NCBI GenBank assembly: GCA_019057795.1 | Contig: JAHLWS010000082.1 | Coordinates: 1-64,000 of the forward strand | Origin: Promethearchaeota archaeon | GTDB lineage: Archaea; Asgardarchaeota; Lokiarchaeia; Sigyniarchaeales; SOKP01 | Length of the DNA stretch: 64,000 nucleotides | Reading direction: 5' to 3' | Part shown: piece by piece, positions 1-10,325 of the stretch | How the letters are laid out: every line of letters begins with the position of its first letter | Position numbering within the stretch: position 1 is the stretch's first letter | Made by a program: the position numbers and the translations under genes | The notes under the pieces: model-generated | Database searches by the model: none | What the model was told of the DNA's origin: nothing | What the model saw: only the letters and a program-made list of their open reading frames with translations

Positions 1-99
1 AATTATTTAATGAAGGATGAAAAAAAGGAAAAAATAGGATATAAAATACCTGAAGGCAAGCGAATTTTCGTTCAAACCGTTCTAAGCGGCTACGAGTAA
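1..99 (+). CDS. 3' end of a gene running in from outside the window (hypothetical)
   Basis: Frame 1 is open from base 1: NYLMKDEKKEKIGYKIPEGKRIFVQTVLSGYE, then TAA at 97-99. Confidence 0.6.
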   Translation, partial: NYLMKDEKKEKIGYKIPEGKRIFVQTVLSGYE

Positions 100-227
100 A
101 AACTTAAATTCAATGATCACCTAAAAGGACTTATACCCAAAAAATTTGTTTTTCCTTATTTATTTAGTTTTATTATAAATTCTCAGAGTTTGAATTATTA
201 AATAACAATCCTTATTTATTATTGACA

Positions 228-1199
228 ATGGATTACTTCTATAACTTCGAGACATTTGATATAACTCACTTTACAGATCAATTTAGGGACAAGAAAATCG
301 AAGAGCTTTTCCGCAATCACACCATTGTAAGAAATAGCATGGGGCAGTTCATGGAAATTACATGGAAAGAAGAGACTTTTTCATGCGACTTAAATTTAAC
401 TCTCTCAAGGAAAAAACTTCTTGGTAACTTAAAGACGGTTTATTTTATTGGTGAAATTATAGAGCGTCAATTAAATAAAAAAGGAGTAAAATCTCTATAC
501 GATTTGAGAACTAATTTAAAATACAACACATCTGCTCATCATATTTTGGATCTAATTGAAAATAAAAAATACAACCTTCTGTGTAGAAATAGATATGTTT
601 ACGATTTAGATGTTGCTTTTTGTTTTAATAAGGAGGAATTACTTTTTCTCGATATAGAAACTTTAGGACTGTATGATAGCCCAATAATTATGATTGGTTT
701 AGGATATTTTAAAAACGATAAATTTGAAATCCACATACTATTCGCAAGAGATTTGGAAGAGGAGATCGCAATTTATGAATACTTTAAAACGGAAATTTTA
801 CCCAAGTTTAAATGTCTAATTAGCTATAACGGAAAATCATTTGATATTCCTTACATTGCCAACCGTTTTCTGTATTTTTTTGACGAAAATCCGATGATTA
901 CTAACGAGGAAGAGCCTTACGAGAGGTTTAACACAAAATTTCACCATATAGACCTTTATCATAATTGCCGTAGGAAATACAAAGGAAGTTTCGAGAATTA
1001 CACGCTAACAAACATGGAAGATAAACTATTAAAGATGAAAAGGGATAATGAATTACCAAGTGGATTAGTTGGATTATGCTACAAAAAGTATTTGGAAGAT
1101 TCTTTAAGATATGTGGGATTAGTAAAAGAAATTATTGAACATAACTATTGGGATATTTATTCTATGCCATTAATTCTTCAAAAATTATTGGAAGCGTGA
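228..1199 (+). CDS. YprB-like ribonuclease H-fold (DEDD) exonuclease
   Basis: Motifs FLDIETLGL, ISYNGKSFDIPYI, HIDLY and HNYWD. ATG at 228; the ORF track starts at TTG 222. Confidence 0.85.
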   Translation: MDYFYNFETFDITHFTDQFRDKKIEELFRNHTIVRNSMGQFMEITWKEETFSCDLNLTLSRKKLLGNLKTVYFIGEIIERQLNKKGVKSLYDLRTNLKYNTSAHHILDLIENKKYNLLCRNRYVYDLDVAFCFNKEELLFLDIETLGLYDSPIIMIGLGYFKNDKFEIHILFARDLEEEIAIYEYFKTEILPKFKCLISYNGKSFDIPYIANRFLYFFDENPMITNEEEPYERFNTKFHHIDLYHNCRRKYKGSFENYTLTNMEDKLLKMKRDNELPSGLVGLCYKKYLEDSLRYVGLVKEIIEHNYWDIYSMPLILQKLLEA

Positions 1200-1355
1200 T
1201 TTATTAGAAATAAATACTTATGTATAAAAAGAAAGGAAGAATCAAAATTTATATAGAGTTCAAACAGTACTTTAATTAAGTAAAATCAAATTATGTTCTA
1301 ATATTAATCATTTTTGCTTAAAAAATGGTATATAATTAAAACAAAGAAAATCAAG

Positions 1356-1751
1356 ATGTCAGACGAAGAACTTAGGGATCACATTAATAAGATAGCAGTA
1401 GAAATTGAGAAAATTGAACAGACAGCGAAACAAAAAGAAAACTATTTTACAAATAAATGTAATGAAGAATTTGATCCTAAAATTAAAGACCTTGGGGAAC
1501 AATTGCTTCATCAACAAACTAAATTAAATGAACTCCTCAAAAACATTAATGAATTAACAGTAGAAAAGAAAGAATTACTTTCTATTACAAAGAAATTGGA
1601 ATCAGAATACAATTCTTTGAAAAAAGAGAAGGAAAAAATCTTAAACCATAATTTAAAAGCGATTGAAAAAGAAAAGAAAACTAAAACGAAAGATATTGAC
1701 ACCAAAATTAAAATGCTAGAAAAAGAGTTGAAATCGAGCGAAAAAAAATAA
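1356..1751 (+). CDS. Hypothetical coiled-coil protein
   Basis: K/E/L-rich heptad pattern. ATG at 1356 (MSDEELR) is more plausible than TTG 1314. Confidence 0.7.
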   Translation: MSDEELRDHINKIAVEIEKIEQTAKQKENYFTNKCNEEFDPKIKDLGEQLLHQQTKLNELLKNINELTVEKKELLSITKKLESEYNSLKKEKEKILNHNLKAIEKEKKTKTKDIDTKIKMLEKELKSSEKK

Positions 1752-1809
1752 AATTTTAGAGATATCATCCTAAATTACCATATAATAATAATCAAACTCA
1801 TAAATTATT

Positions 1810-2115
1810 ATGTCAGATCTTAAAGAAATCGAACATTCGATTAAAGAAGAAATACATAAACTCCGAAATTTAGGAGAACATGCACGAGAAGGAAGTGATC
1901 ATCTTTCTTATAGATCTATGAGTAAATTTAAGTTAGGGAAACTAAAGAAAACAAAACGTTAAGGAAGATTAGCTTTTGAAGTTATTTGTACATATGATAT
2001 TTATACTGAAACTGAATTCATGCATTCTCCAGATATGGACGAACTCTATACGGAGCATTACAAGGATAAATTTATTATTGATAGCGATTTCAGAATCTTT
2101 CTCTCTCAAAAATAA
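1810..2115 (+). pseudogene. Small hypothetical gene (about 100 codons) interrupted by one in-frame TAA at 1960-1962
   Basis: Manual translation: MSDLKEIEHSIKEEIHKLRNLGEHAREGSDHLSYRSMSKFKLGKLKKTKR*GRLAFEVICTYDIYTETEFMHSPDMDELYTEHYKDKFIIDSDFRIFLSQK*. Both halves are in the same frame and fill the intergenic gap. Confidence 0.7.
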
Positions 2116-2185
2116 ATTTTAAATTTTTGTGTTTATAATACAATATAATTGTAGTATATATGTTGTAGAAATTAAATTTCTTTGT

Positions 2186-2824
2186 ATGGATGAAAAATTA
2201 AATATTATTTCATTAAACAAAAAAGCTTGGAATAATGTAGCAGAAAAGTATGCTAAAGCTAAATATACAAGTTTAAACCCGTTAATTGAATTTTTTTGTA
2301 ATAACCTCCCAAAAAATGGTTTCGTTTTAGATTTAGGCTCTGGAACTGGCTTACCTTTCGCTAAATTATTTGTAGAAAAGGGTTTTAATGTATTAGGGCT
2401 TGATATTTCGTCCCAGATGGTCAAAATTGCACAAAAAAATGTTCCTCTAGCTAATTTCAAAGAATTATCAATGACAGATTTAGACTATGATAAAAAATTT
2501 GATGGTGTTTTCTCAAGTTATTCCATGCTTTTACTTAACCCTCAGTTATTCAAGGATGTAGCAAATAGAATCTCTAAATCACTAAAAAACAATGGTTTAT
2601 TATACTTATCACTAAATGAACCCCGGTTTGAAGGTGAAGATGTGGACAAAGAAGTTATTGTTGAATTAATGGGCGAAAAAATGTATTCACGTGCTTACAG
2701 AGAAGAAGAGATTCTTATGATATTTTCTCCGTTAGGGATGAAACCTCTTAAAATCCATCACGAAATTCAAACTTCTAAGGAATTTGGAATTGAACATATG
2801 ATTGCGTTTGTATTTAAAAAATAA
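2186..2824 (+). CDS. Class I SAM-dependent methyltransferase
   Basis: Motif I VLDLGSGTG, then GLDISSQMV and FDGVFS. Probable ATG at 2186. Confidence 0.9.
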   Translation: MDEKLNIISLNKKAWNNVAEKYAKAKYTSLNPLIEFFCNNLPKNGFVLDLGSGTGLPFAKLFVEKGFNVLGLDISSQMVKIAQKNVPLANFKELSMTDLDYDKKFDGVFSSYSMLLLNPQLFKDVANRISKSLKNNGLLYLSLNEPRFEGEDVDKEVIVELMGEKMYSRAYREEEILMIFSPLGMKPLKIHHEIQTSKEFGIEHMIAFVFKK

Positions 2825-2905
2825 ATTTATAACTGTCTGAATTATAAGTTCATTTCCAATTGATTCATAATTAAATTTTATAAAAGATAAAGAATATCAT
2901 CATTT

Positions 2906-4090
2906 ATGTATAGGAAGCTAAACGACTACGATGTTACTTTAGAAACTTTAGATTCAATAACTAAAAAATTGGAAACTGTACAAACCAATGTAATAAAAAA
3001 GTCTTGTTTTTTAGGTTTTGATGGGTATGTTGATTCTCTTTATTCTTTGGTCCAGAGCAGGATGAGCGCAAAAAAATGGACAAGAATGGAGAGCATGAAG
3101 TCTTTTGGAGAACTATTAATCGATGTTGCTGGAAGTTCGGCAAATATTGAGAGGGTCTTAAAAAAGAAGATCTTTGGCGGTTTTGCTCCTAACACTTGTC
3201 GAGCGTTGAATGCTTTTGGAGTAAAAATTTATTTGATTGCAGCTTTAGGACATCCTAAACTTAACGAACTTTATTACCAACTACCTGAAGTAGAATCAAT
3301 TTCGATTTCTAATCCCGGTCAAACGTTAGGTTTAGAATTTGACGATGGAAAAGTTATGATAACTGATTTTACCCCCATTTTAAACATTGATTGGAAATTG
3401 CTAATGGATAATGTAAAACTAGACAAGTTAATTAAGATAATAGAAGCATCTGATATTATGGGCTTTGGTCATTGGGCTTTAATACCAAATCTAAACGATA
3501 TATGGCAACATTTCTTGGATGAGCTCTTTCCTTCTATATCCAATTTAAAAGAAAAAATATTTTTCGTAGATATAGCCGATATAAGAAAACGTTCGAAACA
3601 GGATCTTTTAGATTTGGTAAAAATGCTTCAAAAAATAGACCAACAAGTTCCAGTTATGCTAAGCGCAAACGATATGGAGGCTTATTTCCTCTCTAAAGTT
3701 TTAGATAATGTTAAAACTTTTGCTCCGTATCAAGAAAATTCAACTGATTATATTGATGGTGGAAAACGGCTTAATACAGAAATGAAATTATCCTATTTCG
3801 TAATTCATTCTCCTCACTTCGCAACGATCTCTACTGTAGAAGATCATTATTGGATAACTGAAGGATTTACTTCAAAACCTAAATTTACCGTTGGTGCAGG
3901 CGATTACTTTCATACGGGAACGATTTTAGGGTTATCGTGTGGCCTTACCCCTCCTGAAGCAATTCTCATGGGCAACGCTCTAACGGCTATTTTTGTAAGA
4001 ACTGGAAAATCTCCAAACGTTAATCAATTATCTCAATTTATAAGTAGATATATGGAATTTATTGAAAATGATAACCCTAATTTTCCTTAA
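2906..4090 (+). CDS. PfkB/ribokinase-family carbohydrate kinase
   Basis: C-terminal TVGAGDYF anion-hole motif and N-terminal GFDGYVD. Confidence 0.8.
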   Translation: MYRKLNDYDVTLETLDSITKKLETVQTNVIKKSCFLGFDGYVDSLYSLVQSRMSAKKWTRMESMKSFGELLIDVAGSSANIERVLKKKIFGGFAPNTCRALNAFGVKIYLIAALGHPKLNELYYQLPEVESISISNPGQTLGLEFDDGKVMITDFTPILNIDWKLLMDNVKLDKLIKIIEASDIMGFGHWALIPNLNDIWQHFLDELFPSISNLKEKIFFVDIADIRKRSKQDLLDLVKMLQKIDQQVPVMLSANDMEAYFLSKVLDNVKTFAPYQENSTDYIDGGKRLNTEMKLSYFVIHSPHFATISTVEDHYWITEGFTSKPKFTVGAGDYFHTGTILGLSCGLTPPEAILMGNALTAIFVRTGKSPNVNQLSQFISRYMEFIENDNPNFP

Positions 4091-4096
4091 AATACA

Positions 4097-5962
4097 ATGA
4101 AAAAAGTATATTTGGTTGATTACGATTCTTGTAATCTCCGGTTCTGTGGCCGACAATGCATTAAGAAATGTCCCATAACGCTTTCAAACGCAAGATTAAA
4201 ACCAAATAAGAAGAAGCAAGAAGTCCCAATTTGGTTTCAAAAATCTACAAAGCAAATTAAAATAAATAGCGAAATTTGCTTGAAATGTGGTGTGTGCGTC
4301 AATGTTTGTCCTGCAAAAGCAATATATGTAAAAAATATTTTAGAAGAGCCAACTGAATTGGTTCCTACTCATAAATACCCCAGCGAGGAAAAATCAGAGG
4401 GTTTTCGTCTATATAATTTGCCAACTCTGATCTCGGGAAAAGTCTCTGGATTGTGCGGTCCAAACGGAATAGGAAAGACCACTGTCTTAAATATCATTTC
4501 AGGAAATTTAAAACCAAATTTTGGAAATACTAATTTAGAATCTTATCAAATCCAATGGAAAGATGTTATAAAAAAAGTAAAAGAGAGTGAAATGCGAAAT
4601 CATTTCACACACTTATCTCAAAATGATCGAAAAATCGCATATAAGCAACAGGTTCTACGCGTTTTGTTTGAAAAGTATCAAGGAAAGAAAGTTATTGACA
4701 TTTTAAATGCAGAAAATGAGGTAAGTTCATTATTTTTCAAGAAGATTCAAGATTATTTAGACTTAAGCGCTATTGCTAATCGAATCCTAGAACAATGTTC
4801 TGGTGGAGAGTTGCAGAGATTTGCCATTGCTTCCGTTCTTATTAAAGAAGCAGATATTTACATTATTGATGAACCATGTACTTTTCTAGATGTGCAAAAA
4901 CGAATCAAATTAGCCCAATTATTGCGTGAGCGTGCTCAAGGGTTTGGGAATGAGAAACAATGCCCTATATTAGTAGTTGAGCACGACTTAACGATATTAG
5001 ATTATCTTTCAGATTTAATCCAACTGTTTTATGGGGTACCTCATCAATTTGGCATTATCTCAAGACCTTTAACAACAAAAAAGGGTATTAACGCATATTT
5101 AACTGGTTTTCTAAAGGCAGAAAATGTAGAGTTCCGAGAAAAAGAATATAGCTTTAAACGCTCAACTAGCGGTCGGACATGGAGCAACGCGAAGATTTTT
5201 GCTCGTTATGGAAATATTTCAAAGACATTTGAGTCATTTCATTTATCTGTGAACCCTGGAACGATTTATGCTTCTGAGATTTTGGGTATTGTTGGTGAAA
5301 ATGGATGTGGTAAGTCTACCTTTGCAAAAATCCTCGCGGGTGAGCTCCAACCTGACTTTGGATCTGAATTTGAAGGAATTCAAGCTATTGTCTCTTACAA
5401 ACCACAATACATTACTCAAGAATCTTCTCAAACTGTAAGAGATTTCATCATAGAACGAGCACTAAATTACAATTTTTCTGAAGAAATTTTACGAGTATTA
5501 TATAGACCTTTAGGTGTTGATAAATTATTCGATTTACAAGTATCAGCACTCTCAGGAGGCGAACTTCAGCGTGTTTTTATATGCTCTTGCCTTGCTAAGC
5601 GTGCGGATCTATATATTCTTGATGAACCTTCAGCCTATCTTGATGTAGAAGAAAGAATTCATATAGGTCAAATAATTCGTACTATTACAAAAAGAAATAA
5701 TGCTGTTGCTATTTGTATAGAACATGACATTCAAATTGCAGATACTTTGATTGACCGACTTCTTCTTTTTACTGGAAAGCCAGGAGTTCATGGAAAAACC
5801 ATTGGACCCTTAAATAAACGCGAAGGGATGAACCTCTTTCTAAAAGAAATTGGCGTAACTTTCCGAAGGGACACTAAAACGGGTAGAGCTCGATTAAATA
5901 AAAAAGATTCTCAATTAGATAGAGCACAACGAGCATCTGGGCAGTTATGGGGGGTGCGTTAA
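4097..5962 (+). CDS. rli: ABCE1/Rli-family Fe-S ABC ATPase (ribosome recycling factor, divergent)
   Basis: N-terminal CX4CX3CX3CP...CX2CX2CX3CP, two nucleotide-binding domains (GPNGIGKTT, GENGCGKST), two SGGELQR signatures and C-terminal hinge TFRRD. Confidence 0.9.
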   Translation: MKKVYLVDYDSCNLRFCGRQCIKKCPITLSNARLKPNKKKQEVPIWFQKSTKQIKINSEICLKCGVCVNVCPAKAIYVKNILEEPTELVPTHKYPSEEKSEGFRLYNLPTLISGKVSGLCGPNGIGKTTVLNIISGNLKPNFGNTNLESYQIQWKDVIKKVKESEMRNHFTHLSQNDRKIAYKQQVLRVLFEKYQGKKVIDILNAENEVSSLFFKKIQDYLDLSAIANRILEQCSGGELQRFAIASVLIKEADIYIIDEPCTFLDVQKRIKLAQLLRERAQGFGNEKQCPILVVEHDLTILDYLSDLIQLFYGVPHQFGIISRPLTTKKGINAYLTGFLKAENVEFREKEYSFKRSTSGRTWSNAKIFARYGNISKTFESFHLSVNPGTIYASEILGIVGENGCGKSTFAKILAGELQPDFGSEFEGIQAIVSYKPQYITQESSQTVRDFIIERALNYNFSEEILRVLYRPLGVDKLFDLQVSALSGGELQRVFICSCLAKRADLYILDEPSAYLDVEERIHIGQIIRTITKRNNAVAICIEHDIQIADTLIDRLLLFTGKPGVHGKTIGPLNKREGMNLFLKEIGVTFRRDTKTGRARLNKKDSQLDRAQRASGQLWGVR

Positions 5963-6390
5963 ATGTTTTGTAAAAAATCATTCAAAACAGAGGTAATAGC
6001 TTGAAGATCCATTAGGGCTTCACTGCTACCATCAAAGCTGACATCTCCGGCTTCATGCGCACCAGAAATTTCAATTGTTCCAAAAAGAATTCCGGTAAAA
6101 GTCGCCATATTGGTTGTAAAGGCTAATGAGGGATTATCGACATCACCCTCTCCATAATCCACTTTTCCCTCTTTGAATTTAAGCCAAAAATTCTTGTTTT
6201 CATCTGATATGATTATTTGTCCTAAGAAGTCCATATCTAACATGGCCATATCTTCGAATTCATCTCTTAATCCCGCATTTTCTGATGAAACCTGCTTATA
6301 TATTTCAAAAAGCTTCAAATAATCTCCGGGCATAGCATTACCATCAGATAATTTCAATTTAACCTCATTTAATAATTCTGAATTTACCAT
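5959..6390 (-). CDS. SCP2 sterol/lipid-carrier domain protein
   Basis: Pattern FWLKFKEGKVDYGEGDVDNPSLAF...ILFGTIEISGAHEAGDVSFDGS. GGTGA SD lies 5 nt before ATG 6390. Confidence 0.8.
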   Translation of the reverse strand: MVNSELLNEVKLKLSDGNAMPGDYLKLFEIYKQVSSENAGLRDEFEDMAMLDMDFLGQIIISDENKNFWLKFKEGKVDYGEGDVDNPSLAFTTNMATFTGILFGTIEISGAHEAGDVSFDGSSEALMDLQAITSVLNDFLQNI

Positions 6391-6518
6391 TTTTATCACC
6401 TTATAATATATAAAACAATTAGATTACAACTATATCAATTTATTTACGTCTTAAAAATCAAATGTATCGACAATAGAAACTTTAAGAAACCTTATTTATA
6501 GTCCAGAATTTTCTAAAC

Positions 6519-8210
6519 ATGGTTAAAATGGAAGATTTGGAAAAAAAATTATTTGATCAAGCTTGGAATTATAAAAACAGAGATGTTTTTATTAAGAAAT
6601 TAAGAGAAGAAAGTTACGATCTTTTTATAATAGGGGCAGGTATTACGGGAGCAGGAGTAGCCCGAGAAGCAACAATGAGAGGGCTTAAAGTAGCCATAGT
6701 AGATATGCAAGATTTTGCTGCAGGGACTTCATCGAGAAGTACAAAAATGGCGCATGGTGGAATTAGATATATAGCTCGTAGTGAAATGGATTTAGTTAAA
6801 AAAGCATCTCGTGAAAGAAATTGGATGCGAGTTCAAATACCTCATTTAGTTAGACCTCTTCCATTTGCTTTACCATTTATTGAAGGAGCAAAGTATAAAA
6901 AGCGCGATTTACAAAATGCCACTAAAATTTATGATTTTTTAAGCGATGATAAATCAGAATTTAAAAATTACCAAAAAAGTAAAACCTACACCGCTGAAGA
7001 ATTTTATAAATTAGAACCTGAATTTACAAAAAGGGGTCTACAAGGGGGTGTAATATATTACGATACGAACATTGATGATGCTCGTTTAACAATTGAAATT
7101 CTAAAGGAAGCAGTAATAAGAGGAGCGGATGTGATAAATTATTGTAAGGTTATTGGGTATATCAAAAACAATGGGACAATCGTTGGGATAAAATGCAGAG
7201 ATCTAGTTAATGAATTTGATTTTAAAATTCGGGCTACTTTAGTAATCAATGCAACAGGTATATGGACGGATAATCTATTGGAGAGCTATCCCGAAAATAT
7301 TCCAAAACCACTAGTTAGATCAACTAAAGGTGTTCATCTCCTCTATAAACGTGAAGACATTGGAAATAATATGGCAAATGGTCTATATTCAGATATTGAT
7401 AATAGATTCTTCTTTGTTATTCCAAGGGATAAAAAGTATACACTAGTAGGAACGACTGATACTGATTTCCACGGTGATTTAGCAAATCCGTTTTGTGATA
7501 AAGAGGATGCAGACTACTTAATTAAGTCCGTTAAGAAATTTTATCCGAACGCAAATTTAGATTATGATCATATTCTTTCTACATATGCAGGAATTAGACC
7601 ATTAGTAATGCAAAAAGGAAAATCAGAAAGTGAAGTTTCACGACAACATGTTATCTTTTTTTCAGATGATAATTTGTTAACAATAACTGGCGGAAAACTG
7701 ACTGAATGGCGTGAAATGGCCGAAGATTTATTTGAATCTGTGGAAGAAAAGGAAATTTTTCCAGGAATTAAAAGAGAAAAATACTGGTCTCGACAACCCT
7801 TCATAATTTCACTAGAGAAAGATGAATGGTTAAATATACTAGAAAAATCAGGTGTCAAATTAGATGAGGAACTTTCAGATCACCTTTATCGACAATACGG
7901 GAAAGGTGCAATCCAAATCCTCGAGATGATAAAAGAAGACAAGTCTCTAAAAGAACGAATCATCGATGAAAATGATTTTATAAATGCGGAAATTCTTTAT
8001 GTGTTAAGATACGAACTATCACCTCATTTGATTGATGTATTTTGTCGACGAACAGAGATGTCACTATGGATACATCACCGAAGAGCTTCTGAAGCAGCAG
8101 AAAAAGTGGCAAAGATTATGCAGAAAGAATATTCTTGGGGAGACGAGACAACGAAAAAAGAAATCAATAAATATTTGAATTACATTAAAAAAACGGTTTC
8201 ATTCATATAA
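6519..8210 (+). CDS. glpD: FAD-dependent glycerol-3-phosphate dehydrogenase/oxidase
   Basis: Motifs IIGAGITGAG, DFAAGTSSRSTKMAHGGIRY, DDARL, GTTD, AGIRPL and GGKLT. Confidence 0.92.
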   Translation: MVKMEDLEKKLFDQAWNYKNRDVFIKKLREESYDLFIIGAGITGAGVAREATMRGLKVAIVDMQDFAAGTSSRSTKMAHGGIRYIARSEMDLVKKASRERNWMRVQIPHLVRPLPFALPFIEGAKYKKRDLQNATKIYDFLSDDKSEFKNYQKSKTYTAEEFYKLEPEFTKRGLQGGVIYYDTNIDDARLTIEILKEAVIRGADVINYCKVIGYIKNNGTIVGIKCRDLVNEFDFKIRATLVINATGIWTDNLLESYPENIPKPLVRSTKGVHLLYKREDIGNNMANGLYSDIDNRFFFVIPRDKKYTLVGTTDTDFHGDLANPFCDKEDADYLIKSVKKFYPNANLDYDHILSTYAGIRPLVMQKGKSESEVSRQHVIFFSDDNLLTITGGKLTEWREMAEDLFESVEEKEIFPGIKREKYWSRQPFIISLEKDEWLNILEKSGVKLDEELSDHLYRQYGKGAIQILEMIKEDKSLKERIIDENDFINAEILYVLRYELSPHLIDVFCRRTEMSLWIHHRRASEAAEKVAKIMQKEYSWGDETTKKEINKYLNYIKKTVSFI

Positions 8211-8348
8211 TACTAAATAGAACAAGTCTTATTTTTACATTTTATTCAATATTATGCTTTTTAAAAATTGGACTAGATATAATATAAATACTTAATAGTG
8301 ATATTCAACATAATAACAAATTTAAACAATTTAAAAGAGTGAAATTTA

Positions 8349-9020
8349 TTGATATATCAATTTGGTTTTACTGAGGTTTTTTTAAGACCTTTGGCAGAAC
8401 TCGCGGGATTTTTCATTTTACTTCTTGGCATTATGTGGTTAGTCTACGCAGTGTATGAAGCTAAAAGAAGAGGGTCTGTCAAAAAAAGAAAGGTAGAGGA
8501 CTGGAATTTCGATGTTACTAAGTTCTTAAAAATTTTAACGTATTTAGGGATAGTTATCGGTATTTTTGGTTTACTTAGCGGTGTTGGTGGGCTTATTCTC
8601 GATCAAGCGCCCAGCGTAGCATACGCGGCTAATACTCAAGAAGCGAAAAGTTTATTTACATCGATTTTCCTTATCATTCTAGGAACATTAACGCTTTTAA
8701 AACCTTTAAACGATCTCCCTATTTCAAGCGTTATAGGAATTTTATTAGCGTCACTTGTAGTTGTTGTCGTTGTATTGGCTATTCCAGATCAACTCGTTCA
8801 AGTAATTGCGGTTTTTATTGACCCAAGAATAGTTTTAGCAATTATATTTATTTTTGTATTTGCTATTGTTGCTCTTACCGTCAAATTTTACATTGGAACT
8901 TTAATGTCAATTTCAAAAGCAATATCATGGCCTGTTTTTGCATTTATAATCGCAATATTCTGCCTACTTCAAGGATTCTTACTCATTGTTATAGGAGTTT
9001 CAATTACAGGATATTTTTAA
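8349..9020 (+). CDS. Hypothetical multi-pass membrane protein
   Basis: About 6 hydrophobic segments; TTG start behind GAGTGA. Confidence 0.75.
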   Translation: MIYQFGFTEVFLRPLAELAGFFILLLGIMWLVYAVYEAKRRGSVKKRKVEDWNFDVTKFLKILTYLGIVIGIFGLLSGVGGLILDQAPSVAYAANTQEAKSLFTSIFLIILGTLTLLKPLNDLPISSVIGILLASLVVVVVVLAIPDQLVQVIAVFIDPRIVLAIIFIFVFAIVALTVKFYIGTLMSISKAISWPVFAFIIAIFCLLQGFLLIVIGVSITGYF

Positions 9021-9059
9021 TTTAACTTTTTAATATTTTTTCTTTTTACATCTAAATTT

Positions 9060-10172
9060 TTAAAAGAAGCTAAATCTATGAGAGGTTTTTCTATTAATTT
9101 CTCCTTTAATCTCATTACTTAAATCATAATGACAGCTTGGGCAATGTTTTGTATCTGTAATATCAATTTTGGTAAATCTATAACCACTTCTACCTAAAAT
9201 TAAATGATTACAATTTGGACAGTAAGTATTTCCTCCTTTTTCGTGACTAATATTTCCAACATAAACATAATTCAAACCTGCTTTTTTGGCTATATTATAA
9301 GCATTATCTAATGTTTCAAATGGAGTCCTTTTCATAGATGGTTGCTTAAAGTCAGGATGGTATGCTGAGAAGTGAGTAGGCGTATCATCTCCTAAATTCT
9401 CAACAATCCAATTAGATAATTTTTCAATTTCTATATCACTATCGTTCAAATCTGGAATGATTAAGTTAGTTATTTCTACATGAACCCCATTGGATTTAAA
9501 TCTTTTTGCAGTATCCAAAACAGGCTGTACTGAATTAGCACCACATATTTTCTTATAGAACTCATCTGACATAGACTTAATATCAATATTAGCCGCATCA
9601 ATTCCAACCTCTATTAATTCTTTTGTAGCTTCTGCCGTAGAATACCCATTTGTTACTAAAATGGTATTAATATTTTCTTGTTTAAGTAATTTTGTGGTAT
9701 CCAGTATCCATTCATGCCAAATTAATGGTTCATTATATGTATATGCTAGTGTCGTAGCTCCACTTTTTTTAACCTTTTCAATGAGTTGTTTTGGTGTCAT
9801 TTCTACTAAGGACATTTTGCGATTTTCTAATCCTTCTAAGGTATAAAATCCATTTTTTCCATTATCAGTAGGATTTGCTTGGCTTATATTCCAATTTTGG
9901 CAATTCTGGCATCTAAAAGAACATCCTATAGAAGCGATCGAATAAGCAGTAGCACCAGGCCAAAAATTGTATAAAGGCTTTTTTTCAATAGGGTCTAAAC
10001 TTCCACTAGATATCATTGATCCATAAATAAGAGTAAATAATTCTCCATCAAAATTTTTTCGGGTTCTACAAATTCCAACTTTCCCGGGCAGGATAACACA
10101 TTCATTAGCGCAAACACAACATTTTACTTTATTATCTTCCAGTGAATCCCACAATCTTGCTTTAAATTTCAA
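9060..10172 (-). CDS. amrS: AmmeMemoRadiSam system radical SAM enzyme
   Basis: N-terminal CCVCANEC...GICRTR, DPIEKKPLY, CSFRCQNCQNW, AYTYNEP and YVYVGN...TYCPNC. Confidence 0.9.
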   Translation of the reverse strand: MKFKARLWDSLEDNKVKCCVCANECVILPGKVGICRTRKNFDGELFTLIYGSMISSGSLDPIEKKPLYNFWPGATAYSIASIGCSFRCQNCQNWNISQANPTDNGKNGFYTLEGLENRKMSLVEMTPKQLIEKVKKSGATTLAYTYNEPLIWHEWILDTTKLLKQENINTILVTNGYSTAEATKELIEVGIDAANIDIKSMSDEFYKKICGANSVQPVLDTAKRFKSNGVHVEITNLIIPDLNDSDIEIEKLSNWIVENLGDDTPTHFSAYHPDFKQPSMKRTPFETLDNAYNIAKKAGLNYVYVGNISHEKGGNTYCPNCNHLILGRSGYRFTKIDITDTKHCPSCHYDLSNEIKGEINRKTSHRFSFF

Positions 10173-10325
10173 TTCAAATCAGCACTTTGTTAAAAAATTA
10201 TCATTTAATTCATTAATTAAATAATAGATAAGGATTTTAATAATATTTATACATATATATACGCCCTTTTAAGATATTGAGAATTAAAATAAAACAACAA
10301 TAAAACTAAATGGTGAAATAAGAAT

